Origin: Nemertoderma westbladi
Lineage: Eukaryota; Animalia; Xenacoelomorpha
Assembly (NCBI GenBank): GCA_032718475.1
Contig: JAUCBJ010000924.1
Span: 1-64,000 of the forward strand
DNA length: 64,000 bases
Direction of reading: 5' to 3'
Each line of letters begins with the position of its first letter. Position 1 is the first letter of the stretch. Positions 26,822 through 38,199 of the stretch are shown in pieces. The notes beneath the pieces are model-generated. The model was not told the origin of the DNA. It ran no database searches and was given only the letters and a program-made list of their open reading frames with translations. A program made the position numbers and the translations under genes.

Positions 26822-28333
26822 ATGACAACGCAATCACTGCTAGTGTGCATTGGTTTTCTTGCGTGTATGACTTCAGCTGGTGTGATGACTGATAAACCCA
26901 GCATTGGTCTTCAACTTTATAATATCGCCAATATTCCCCGTAGTGCATACAATGATCGTTACATAAAGATACTAAAAGACGTCAATTATGACCTATATCT
27001 GAATGAGGGTGAACAATTTAACGAATTTAATGAAGTATTTGAAATAATTATCACGCCATATATTTGTACCTTTGTCGCAGTTGGTTTAATCGGACATGCC
27101 ATTACCATAACAACAGTTCTACTTGAAAAGTCATTTAACACCTTGTTTTACAAAATGTTAATTCTCGACGCTATTCTGGAGTCATTATGTTGTATTGGGA
27201 GGTTACTGCTACGTGGGGAAACTCTCTCATGGTGGGTGAAATCTACCCCGGATTATGAAATAATCGATGGAGTGTCTTATCTAGTTTACAAATCTTCTAA
27301 TTTGTTATACTGGATTTTTAAAATGTGTTCGCCAATGCTCGTTTGGGCATTTCCCTTTACTGCACAACTGTTATCTTTAATAATGGGTCTAGATCGGATT
27401 GCAGCCTTGTATTTTCCATTATGGTATAAAAATACCAAAGCGAAAAATCCCAAAATGGTTTATATAGTTTTAATCATTGTGGTTGTTTACTGCGCTGCTC
27501 TCAATTGGCCTCTTATGTTTTCATTTAAAGGTGAAATAAATATGGTTGATGGTGTTACTGAATATTGGGCAATCGATGATTATTGGAGAACCAATAATGA
27601 GCACATAAACACAGCTTATCGTATTAATGGTTATGGTGTTCCACCTGTTTTACTCACCCAACTTATAGCAGTACTTATTATAGATGTCCTAATTATAACA
27701 AAGTTTTATAATGTGGCTAGGGTAAACCCTCAATCACCGTCAATGTTAAAGATGTGCAATGCAATAAAACTTCTTATGATAACTGGTACTTTATCTGCTA
27801 TACACATTGTTTCTTTCATAGTAGTTATAATAGTAGCTTTTCACTTATACCAGTTACACAGTACTTTAACTACAATGTCCAGCGCAGCAGACATTACTTA
27901 CTTTATAAAGTATGAGCGGTTCTTGAACAGAACATCCTATGTTCAAGACATGGTGTTTATTGTTTATTCTCTTAACTTTTATCTTATGTACGCTATAGTT
28001 GCAAGCTTCCGAGAAGCTGTGAATACCAACATATTTAGGTGCAAACCTATTTATCTCAGCGCGAAACGTCGCTGCGATGTTGTGATTGTAATAATTTGTT
28101 TTGTGCAGACCAGTGCCATCATTGCGATATTGATAAAAATGTTGGTGAAAGCTCGTGGGAGGTTGGCGAATGGTCATAGAGAATTGGTGAAGGTTTGCGG
28201 CGGCGGGAGGAGGGCAAATGGTGATAGAGGGTGGGTGAAGGTGGGCAAAGGTTCTGGGAGGGTGGGTGAGAATTCATGGGCGGTGAGAAAAGGGTTAAAG
28301 AAGGTGGGTGAAGGTTCGTGGAAGGTGGGCTAA
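26822..28333 (+). CDS. Single-exon rhodopsin-class (class A) GPCR, peptide/chemoreceptor-like
   Basis: Signal-peptide-like start MTTQSLLVCIGFLAC, seven hydrophobic segments, GLIGH (TM1 GN variant), DRIAAL.FP (DRY variant), LNWP (TM4), SLNFYLMY (NPxxY variant) and helix 8 SFREAV. The sequence after about 28070 looks low-complexity and unrelated. Confidence 0.85.
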   Translation: MTTQSLLVCIGFLACMTSAGVMTDKPSIGLQLYNIANIPRSAYNDRYIKILKDVNYDLYLNEGEQFNEFNEVFEIIITPYICTFVAVGLIGHAITITTVLLEKSFNTLFYKMLILDAILESLCCIGRLLLRGETLSWWVKSTPDYEIIDGVSYLVYKSSNLLYWIFKMCSPMLVWAFPFTAQLLSLIMGLDRIAALYFPLWYKNTKAKNPKMVYIVLIIVVVYCAALNWPLMFSFKGEINMVDGVTEYWAIDDYWRTNNEHINTAYRINGYGVPPVLLTQLIAVLIIDVLIITKFYNVARVNPQSPSMLKMCNAIKLLMITGTLSAIHIVSFIVVIIVAFHLYQLHSTLTTMSSAADITYFIKYERFLNRTSYVQDMVFIVYSLNFYLMYAIVASFREAVNTNIFRCKPIYLSAKRRCDVVIVIICFVQTSAIIAILIKMLVKARGRLANGHRELVKVCGGGRRANGDRGWVKVGKGSGRVGENSWAVRKGLKKVGEGSWKVG

Positions 28334-29721
28334 TATTCATGGAGTGTTGGGTATGTGGATGTGGATTGCGATATTGATAATTACACTGATTAAATTTTAA
28401 ATTTTGCACAAGAGTATCCAGTATAAAAATAAATAATAATAAATAAATAGGGAGAAATAAACTAAAACATGCTAGTTTGCATTTGTAAAATGTACATGTT
28501 TAATTAAGTGGAGAATAAACTGACCTTGGGCTTGTGGATTTTCGGATGGACGAACTTTGGTCACAGAATGGACATAAAAATTAACTTGTTTTAACAGTTA
28601 TCCCATTACTGGTTGTGTATGTCACCACTACCTTGCAATTCCTCCAAATGCTGGATGACAGCATTATCAATTGTTACACCAGCAACAGCAGGCGTAGATG
28701 GTGCTGAAGGAAGACGTTTCAGAACTTCATTGCGGTTTAATGGATAGATACCTCAGGCACGAAACCCACTAATAAATAACTTTCTGCTCTTTGTTAGCCC
28801 TGAAAAGCCCGAGGGGGGGGGGGGGGTTTAGATTCTATAGAGATGATCGATCAAGGGAACTTCAAATTCCATGTAAATTCCTCAAATTTATCAGGGATAT
28901 TATGAAAAAAACTAGAAGTTCACACGACCTGGAGTTTTCGAGATATAAGGAAGCTGTGAGTGACACCTATGTCAGCACTTTTCAGCACTGCAATTTTACA
29001 TTTCAGTTTCTTTGGGGTAACTTCACTCAATGGTGAAATAAATCATCAAAATTCGGTTATTTTGAACACCAAACCCATTGAAAACAATTATGGGTAAAAT
29101 TTGGTGTTGAAATTTGGAAATTTGAAAAGTACCACAAGAGCACCAAAAGTGCAAGTAGTGTGAAATTTCAAATTTTGAAATAGGATACAACGTCAATATC
29201 CTCACCAATACTGAGGTTTTCGTATGTGCTGATTTCATTGGTGACAATTATAAGACGCTGTAGTTAACCAAAATGGCTCGAAAATGAAAATATCCCCTAC
29301 TAGAACTTTTCAAATATATAATTTTCAAATAAACTACTTGTTTCAGTTAACTTATATCCAATGCCGTATATATTGGTGATCTTGGGTTTTTTTGAACGTT
29401 GAACACATTTATAACAAGATTGTGTATAATTCTACAGTTGTGTTCTCAATTAAAGTCCATTCTTCAATCTGTTCAATCTGTTCAATTTCCTCAATCTGTA
29501 AAACTCTTTCATGGCACCGCAAGTTTCTAGCCTACTGAGTGATTGACAGACGGTCGTGGTTGGCTCCCCAAAGTAAAGCTGTTTGTTGATTTGAATGAGT
29601 AGATTAATGCAGGGATCAGATAAATTATGGGGCACTTGCAAGCCAATAAAGTAAATGTATTTTAGTAAGCATTATTTACCATTTAACATGGTATAGCAAA
29701 TAAAGAGATCATACCATAAAT

Positions 29722-30065
29722 TGGGTGTGGCTGGTCTAGGTGGTTCGGGTGTGGCTGGTCTAGGTGGTTCGGGTGTGGCTGGTCTAGGTGGTTCGGGTGT
29801 GACTGGTCCAGGTGGTTCGGGTGTGGCTGGTCTAGGTGGTTCGGGTGTGGCTGGTCCAGGTGGTTCGGGTGTAGCTGGTATAGGGGGTTCGGGTGTGGCT
29901 GGTCTAGGTGGTTCGGGTGTGGCTGGTCCAGGTGGTTCGGGTGTGGCTGGTCCAGGTGGTTTGGGTGTGGCTGGTCCAGGTGGTTCGGGTGTGGCTGGTC
30001 TAGGTGGTTCGGGTGTGGCTGGTCTAGGGGGTTCGGGTGTAGCTGGTCTAGGTGGTTCGGGTGTG
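29722..30065. repeat. 24-bp minisatellite (GGTGGTTCGGGTGTGGCTGGTCYA), about 14 units
   Basis: Direct tandem units; they account for the PEPPRPAT and GLGGSGVA ORFs. Confidence 0.95.
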
Positions 30066-30781
30066 CCCATTTGGTCAGCCCATGCTGGTATACCCATTTC
30101 AACAATATATCGAGAACTAGACATACTCTTGTTTTGAATGTTTTTACCCCCACTAAATCGACCATTGCTGTTCTAATAAGTTACTATCACTAATGCAAGG
30201 ATACCAAAAGTTGGTTATATCGAAAATTGCTAATTTGTAATGTCGCGTCAAATGTCGCTGAAGCGGTAATTACAAATGAAGTTGGTGGACCAGGTAAATT
30301 TTATTTATTTGCCAAAATACTTCACATGCATTATTTTCCCATCAAAATGAACTATTTATGAGAGGTACAAGACAATCCATGATGTAAGGGGCAAATGATG
30401 CACCCTAATACGGGCGGCAGGAGAACGTCGCCCTCAATGGCCTTCTCCATCGTATACGGGCGGCAGGAGAACGTCGCCCTCAATGGCCCAGACGGCCGGG
30501 CCAGGTTGACGGAAACAGGGGCATTGGCCGCTGGTCCCTTTTAACCCATGGCAAATTCAAACGTCCAAGAACATTAACGGGAAATTAACTGATACCATTA
30601 ATGAACGTTACTTTTCAGTTGAAACACCAACACCATTTAGGCGTTATTATATGGAGACTAATTTAGAACGTTGAAATCTGGTACAGTATGTGTGCGACGT
30701 TTATGGAGTGGACATGTTCTCAACGTCCAAAAGCTGTGTGTGAACGTTATGTGCTACTAGGGTGGTTCAGCAAAGGTTGTT

Positions 30782-31186
30782 TTGAATGAAATTAGTACTG
30801 GTGATGGAAAGCCTGTACAAGCTGAAGGATTACATTCAGTTGGTCTTCTTAAGACTGTGAAAAAAGATGGTGGAAATCTGAAAGAAGATGTTCAGTTGTT
30901 AACGGCTCAGGTTAGTACTTTAACTGAAGGCATCAAGCAATTTTTTGGAAGAGCTGAAAAGGGGCAGCCTGTTACAACTAAGAATATGTATGTCCATAGA
31001 GGAAGCTGTAGGCAATGTAGTTTACGTTTAGAAGGAGGTGATGATGTCCATTGTGATCATTGTTTTCATTGTGGCAGCTCAGATCATTATGCTCGTGGTT
31101 GCAGGAATAGAGCCAAGAATTTAGGTGAGTCTCGGCATCAGGAAAACTCAAGCCGGCCGTTTCCGAGGGACGGGCAACGGCCATAG
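30782..31186 (+). pseudogene. gag: Gypsy gag C-terminus with zinc knuckle
   Basis: CRQC...CDHCFHCGSSDHYARGC (CCHC knuckle). Confidence 0.85.
31141..31182 (+). promoter_or_regulatory. Putative -1 programmed ribosomal frameshift signal (gag to pol)
   Basis: Slippery G_GAA_AAC (31141-31147) in the gag frame, a 7-nt spacer, then stem GGCCGTT/AACGGCC (31155-31161/31176-31182). The pol frame is -1 and open from 31129. Confidence 0.7.
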
Positions 31187-34100
31187 ATTACTATGCAAAG
31201 TCCCCTAACAAAGACATTATTTCACGTTGTACATGTTTTGCTGAAGAAATTGAACTTTGTAGTCTGGTTACTAGTAGCAATGAGGCTAACAATAGTAGTC
31301 AGCTAGTAAAGTTGGTGGGGCATAGATGTACTATAACATGCTGGTTAGGTGATGTAAAGTCTGAGGCTCTTTGGGATTCTGGAGCACAGGTTAGTGTGGT
31401 ATCTAGTGTTTGGGTTGCTGAGAAAATGCATGATATTACAATAAGACCAATTAGTGAACTCCTGGATTCTGAAATTTTAATTCGGGCTGCAAATGGTTCT
31501 ACAATTCCTTACTTAGGTTGGATTCCTCTTCCATTTCGGCTCATGGATTTTCCAGGAAATCAAATTGCTAATGTGTCAAACATTTGTCTAGAAGTTCCAG
31601 TATTAGTGGCAACTACAAAAGGTTTAGTTCGACCAATTATAGGTTATAATGTTATTGAGATTTATTTGGAAATGTGTAAGGATTTGGAATTGGTTAACAG
31701 CAATAGACCAATGTTTAATTCTTCAATTGCTTCTGCGATAGGGATTTCAGTTAGTCAAGCTAGTGATTTTGTAAATAAGGCTAATACTAATAATGAATTT
31801 ATTGTGGTCCCTGCAAGAACTAACAAGCAACCAATGTTGATTGAACCGGGAAGAAATTGGGTTAATTTGTATTCATTGAAATCATTGATTGCAAATGATG
31901 TGATGTTATTTCAAGTGGATGATAATTTTCTTGAATTAATCCCCGATGTTGTGGTTATGGAAGGCCTTGTATCAGTTGATGATTCAGATAAATTGCTTTC
32001 TAGAATATCAATTCTCATTGAAAACAATGGCCCAAGTGTACAGAGATTACCACCATTAACAGTGGTTGGACATCTTTCTTTTGTGAAGTCAATATTTCCA
32101 GTTGGCCTACTTCAATCTGATGATGAGACTGAAGATACTCTGATTTATGCTGTAAATAAAGAGTCAATAGATGACCATACTAATTCAAATGATCAGTTAT
32201 TGTCTATGGATGAAAAGATTGAATTTGTGATAAAAAAAACGGAGCTTGAGAATGATGATCAACGAAACCTTCTCCATTCCCTACTTCACGATAATAAAGA
32301 TTTGTTTGTCAAGGACTCATTTGATATTGGTAATATGCCTTCATTACAAATGGACATAAAGCTTACAGACTCAATTCCAGTTAAGAAATCATATCAGTCT
32401 ATACCTCGTAATATGTATAAGGAAGTAAAAGATTATTTGAGTGATCTTATACGAAAGGGATTTGTAGAAAAATCTAACTCTCCTTACTCAGCTCCACTCA
32501 TTTGTGTCAGAAAGAAATGTGGTGGATTAAGAATTTGTGTAGATTATCGAGGTTTAAATAAGAAACTGATTAGGGATGAACATCCACTACCTAAAGTGCA
32601 GGATTTATTAGACAATCTGGGAGGTCGACAGTGGTACTCTTTATTAGATCAAGCTAAAGCGTATCATCAGGGGTATGTAAAAGAGGAATGTCGCCCTTAT
32701 ACTGCTTTTGTAACTCCATGGGGCCAATACCAATGGATACGGATTCCGTTTGGAATTTCAAATGGTCCTAGTTGTTTTCAGCGAAAGATGGAGGATACTT
32801 TTGAGGATATGCTAGATGAATGTTGTAACCCATTTCAAGATGATACTTTGTTGTATGATACAACTTTTGAACAACATTTGGAAACCATAAAGATGGCATT
32901 TAAGAAATTACGAGAAGTTGGAGCCAAGCTGAAAATAGAGAAATGCATATTGTTCCGTCATCAAGTTAAATTTCTGGGATTTATGGTTAGTTCCAGTGGA
33001 TATTATATAGATCCTATGGTTAAAGATGATGTATTGAAGATCAAAGATTCGAATATAGAGACTGTAGGTGACCTACGTCGTGTGCTAGGTTTCCTTAGTT
33101 ATTATCGCCGATTTATTCGAAACTTTGCGCAGAAGGCGGCTAATCTTTTGATATATTAAAGACTGGTGACAAAACTGTTAAGAAGACAAGGACAGGCCAA
33201 AGGCTTTCTAGTGATAAAATTCAGTTAAATAATGAACATTTAAAGACACTACATTCACTTGTAAATGAAGTAGTTGGATCTGAAATAATGGCCTACCCTG
33301 ATTTTGAGAAACCATTTATTATAACAACTGATGCTAGTAATCATGGGCTTGGAGGAGTATTGTATCAGAAACAGGCAGATGATAAGCTGCGCGTTATTGC
33401 TTTTGCCTCACGATCATTGACCCAGGCTGAGAAAAACTATCACTTGCATTCAGGAAAGCTAGAATTTTTAGCATTAAAGTGGCTCATCACTGAGAAATTT
33501 AGGGATTACTTGTTATATGCTCCAAAGTTCAGTGTTTATACCGATAATAATCCTCTTGTATATGTTATGTCTACAGCGAAGCTAAATGCAACAGGGCTTC
33601 GATGGGTTTCAGAATTGAGTGATTTTAATTTTGATATTATTTACAGATCTGGTAAGAGTAATGTTGATGCTGATTTTCTATCACGATTGCCAAGTTTATT
33701 GAATAATTCTACTGATAGTAGCGAAGTAGAAGTATTATCAGGTGATTTTCTTAAAGCATATCTTGATTCAATACAACATTATGAGGAATTGTTTGTGGCT
33801 CCAATTTCAGTTTAATTGTATAGTACTGATTTGAATGATCAAGAAATTAACCGAGAAACTCTTCATCATATTCCACTAAATGAACTGCGACATAGCCAAC
33901 TTTCAGATCCTGTTATTGGTCCTGTACTTAAGAAGATGGAAAGAAATGGCGATGACTCTAAGTTTGGCGACATAGCGTATCTTGCATTATCAGGGACGTG
34001 AATTTGATAATAAACTGTTTAAATGTTTAGCTGAAATGACAGGTATAAAGCGTTCTAGAACAACACCCTATCATCCCATGTGTGATGGAAAGACTGAACG

Positions 34101-35181
34101 TTTCAATAGAACTCTACTTAACATGTTGAGAAATTTAACTGACATTGAGAAGGTACATTGGCCCAAGCATCTGAATAAAGTGGTGCATGCATATAACTGT
34201 ACGCGCCATTCTTCTACAGGATTTGTTCCATTTTATTTGCTTTTTGGGCGATCACCGCGTCTGCCTATTGATTTAGTTTTCCAGGATTGTGAGACAAGTG
34301 AGGAAGAGAACGTGACTTCACCTTCAAAGTATGCTGATAGGTATAAACAGGCGATGGCTGAAGCATACAAGTTAGCTGAGAAACATAGTAAACAAGGAGG
34401 TGACCATGGTGCAGAGCAATACAATACGCGTGTTAGAGGACATGATATAGATATTGGTGATCGTGTCTTGGTCAAATCTACAAAGCCCAACCAACCACAT
34501 AGAAAGATCCAATCATACTGGTCAAAGGATGTTTATATTGTCAAAAAACGTTTTGGAGAGAATCCAGTCTATGAGGTCGTTGTAGAATCTAATCCTTCTG
34601 TAACACGAACTCTTCATAGAAATATGTTGTTCCCCTGCTATTATTTGAATATGGATCAACATGTTCACAACGGTAAACATATGAAACCAGCCATCAAGAC
34701 AACACAACTCAAGCCTAAACCTAACCATCATAATAAGCCTATCCAACCAGAATCTATGGATAGTTCTGATGATGATGAGGGATATATCGGTTTATTACCT
34801 CCTCGCCGTAACATTTCCGAGATTGATGACTCAATTATAACGAACTCTACGGTTCATTTACCCCCGGAATTGAATCCAGCAGCTTCTCCTTTTCAACCGT
34901 GTGATAATAATGGTGCAGGTCGGGGATTGGAGGACCCTAATGTTGCAGCACGTCGCCGTGGACATCGTTGGCAACATCCACTAAGAAGTCCTTATCAACT
35001 GCGTAGTCATCAACCAACACCGTCACCTGGGGTTACTCATTTGCAGTATATTTCTGCAAATTCCCCAGCTTTTATTAATTACCCTCATGTTCAGCAGCAC
35101 GATTGTCCTGTCAATCCTACTTATTGTTCTGAATTCAGTCCTGCAGCAATTATTTATGTTGTCGCCCCAGTTATATTATAG
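31147..35181 (+). pseudogene. pol: Gypsy pol (protease, RT, RNase H, partial integrase)
   Basis: LWDSGAQVS; SPYSAP..LRICVDYRGLN; IPFGISNGP; FQDD; TDASNHGLGGVL..LEFLAL..YTDNNPL; QGREF..TTPYHPMCDGKTERFNRTL. Frameshift at about 33150, stop at 33815, integrase N-terminal half deleted near 33950. Confidence 0.95.
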
Positions 35182-35735
35182 TACATTGTTACATAATTTT
35201 CAGCTCCAACCGTCTTATATGCCTTACTACTCACTGCCCTAAGTTTGTTAAACTTTTAAATACTTTTTCATTTTTTTTGTTTATAGAGTTTAGGTTTTTG
35301 TATATCTTTATATTGCCCAAAGTTGGCATTTTTTCTTTATTTATCTTTGTTTAATGGCGATTGAAATAATATTGCTTTACTATGTTGTTCAATTTGGAAT
35401 GTTTCATATTCTTAATTAGAAGGGTTAATTTCAGTTTGTGGACTGATATATTAGTAGCATTAATTTGAATGCTATTTCCTGTTTTTGATATCGATGTTTA
35501 GATTGCTTTCCTGGCCAGTTAGTAATTAGATCGATTGTCAAGTTTCAGTGGTGTTTGGACTTTTATATAAAGCTGAGACACAGTTTTTTTTTCTTGTTTG
35601 TTGAAGCCTAATCCGACGTGATTTAAGAATGCTTTAGTGTTTCTATATATATAGTTTTTGTTTTTGTATAGTTTTAAAACTGTATTTTTTTTTACATCAT
35701 CAGGGACGATGACCATTTTCTTGGCGGGGTGACTG

Positions 35736-36060
35736 TGTAATATGATAAGGGGACCACCCTATTTTATTTATCATTGACCCATATATAGTACTGTATGATT
35801 TTTGTGGAATGGGATAGAAGGGTGATGTTTAGAAAGAGTCAGGGAGTGTAGATATGCCGATACCGGTACGGTTTTATATTTAGATATATATATATAGGTT
35901 CGTCTGTCTGTCTGCTGGGGTTATGTTTTTTGTTGCTGTTGCAATGCCTATCTAACTAGGTAGGCCTAACTGCCGAATAAATATTTTGACTGATGTTGAA
36001 ATAACTCATTTCTTTATCTTTGGAATTCACACTGCAGAAATGCCGTGCAGCCCTGTAACA
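35736..36060 (+). repeat. 3' LTR (about 325 bp)
   Basis: Follows PPT-like GGCGGGGTGAC; starts TGTAA, ends GTAACA, contains AATAAA at about 35976. No second copy in the window to confirm the ends. Confidence 0.65.
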
Positions 36061-36214
36061 AATGCGCTAATAACTTTCCAAATAAGTCTTAAAGTGTCCT
36101 CCTGACGAGCTAAAAGTTTGTCCTGCTGGTCTGGATATCTTCTCCTGAGCACTGATTGCTAACGGTAGGCTCGCAAGCCTTCCTTCTCTATCTCGCTCCT
36201 CCAAAACCAATGTC

Positions 36215-36340
36215 CAATATAAATACCCAAATATAATATCCAAATATAAATATCCAAATATAATATCCAAATATAAATATCCAAATATAAATATCCAAAT
36301 ATAAATTTCCAAATATTATATCCAAATACAAATATCCAAT
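36215..36340. repeat. AT-rich tandem repeat (ATCCAAATATAAAT) between direct repeats GGTAGGCTCGCAAGCCTTCCTTC
   Basis: About 9 units; flanking direct repeats at about 36164 and 36342. Confidence 0.8.
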
Positions 36341-36861
36341 CGGTAGGCTCGCAAGCCTTCCTTCCTTCATCTCGCTCTCCTATTCCTTAGCCGATCGGGC
36401 TCGTCCACGCCCTCTAATACGATTGGGTGGTGGTCGGGATCGAACTGGACTCGGACTTCGGTGTCGAGCTGTCGGTGGTTCCAAAACGCTAGGAAAGGGG
36501 ACGACGGGAGTTTCACACATCCGTCGTGCGCTCAGTCCTCTAAATCCTCGTCCGATTCCAATCATTGGCTTAACATCGGATCAAGTCTCCACAATGCTAG
36601 GAGGAAGTCTAAAGGGTGGGACTGTTCCGTCCACTGACACCTCTCGCTCTATGACGTCGTCTGAATTCTAATGGGTTCCAGCAAAGCACATCCTGTCCCT
36701 CCGCGTGGTTCTCTAGTGAAGGAAACCGTGCCCCGAGTCATCCAGATTTGCGACTTCGATTTCGTCCTCTCGGCGACATTTACTACCTTCTTTATCTCTT
36801 GTCCGGCCTTCTGGGCTCTAAGTATACGAAGTTGCGGATCTTCCTGTGGGTGTCGAGTCTT

Positions 36862-37626
36862 TTAGGTTAATGGCGTGACCTTGAAGCCAGTCTCACGCAG
36901 AACGTCCGCCTCATCTAGAATACACGAGGTTATGCATTTGTGATAAAATGCGCTCTGGTATGCCCAAGCTATCGAATGCCAGGCTCCTTGATTCCGCTGT
37001 TCAACTCGCAATTTGTCGAATTCCCCGGCGGTAATCTTGTTCACCACAGTTTGAAAGTTCCATGTGTTCTTATTGTCGGGGTGTACCTATAGAAAGTAGT
37101 CCCGAACAACCTTAAATCCGCTATCCAAAGGCAATATATCCAGCTCCTCCAAGAGTTCATCGTATTGAGGCATAGCTGACACATATCCTTCTTTCGACAT
37201 TATGAGAGGGTTTACGGCCCAAAATCCCAAGTGTGCTCTCATAGGGAAACGGTTTCGCTGTGTCGATACATGCTCGTCTGCTAGATTCTCCCAATGGTCG
37301 AATAGCTGTCGAATGATTTTAACTGACATATGCTCATAGCGGATGTCCCTAAGTTGACACTCTGATGCCCTATGACCTTTAATGTTACAATACGTGCACT
37401 GCGCCACGAAACACCAGCAAGTGTAGAAAGTGTGCGAATGTTGATCCCCACACCAGTTACATACTAAGTCCGGTAGAGATATATGTTTCGCTTCATTTCT
37501 TTGCGTGGTGGCCAGTTGCCCCGCATCTGCCACAAATAGTGTTGGCAGGGTACCAAACTCGCTCATAGATGAGATCTCCGATGGGGCGAGCGCTACCGTC
37601 CAAACACTCTTTTTACGTGGGAACAC
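36862..37626 (-). pseudogene. Unknown ORF with tandem zinc-knuckle-like motifs
   Basis: CNWCGDQH..TC..CTYCNIKGHRASEC. It continues in frame past a TAG at 37087 into 36862..37047. Confidence 0.5.
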
Positions 37627-37910
37627 AGATTTGTAACCAGGTACAGAGATTCGTAACTGGGAACTCCAATTCGTAACCAGGTTCTCAGATTCATTAATGG
37701 TAACTCAGATTCGAAACCAGAAAGTCAGATTCACGACCATAAACTAAGATTTGTAACAAGGTACTCCAATTTCATTTCATTTCATTGATCATTATCATAA
37801 TTGTGAGAACAGATTCGTACCAAGGCGCTTTGATTTGTAACCGAGAACTCATTTGTTACAAGAATCTCAGATTTGTAACCAGAAAGAGATTTGTAACTTG
37901 GTAACTGCAA
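37625..37910. repeat. Degenerate about 20-bp tandem repeat (CAGATTYGTAACCAGGTACT-like)
   Basis: About 12 imperfect units. Confidence 0.75.
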
Positions 37911-38199
37911 CCAATTGACAGTTTTTATAAAATATCGGTTCCTTATCGGGCTGCTAGTCCAGTCCCTAGACAACCTTTATTATTCATTATAACAAAAGTT
38001 CAATCTACAACTAACGTCATACATAGTTTACTAGTTTAAATTGCAACCCGAGAGCAATTTATTGTGTCTACCAATATATAAGAAAGTTACGAAACGTTCC
38101 TGTAAAAGCTTTTGCGGAATTAGCCGGTTATTTTCCCCGCAAAGTACTCTGTAGTTGGTTTAACAGGCATAAAAAGCCGTATCCTTACTGTACTGGTGT

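Larger units (their letters stand above)
30763..36060 (+). mobile_element. Ty3/Gypsy LTR retrotransposon, 5'-truncated and defective
   Basis: Order gag knuckle - PR - RT - RNase H - IN - PPT - 3' LTR. The 5' LTR and most of gag are replaced by an EnSpm-like end at 30762. Confidence 0.95.

Noticed and set aside
29672-30165. PEPPRPAT / collagen- or silk-like ORFs
   Set aside because: A stop-free 24-bp minisatellite opens several frames; no supporting flanking coding sequence.
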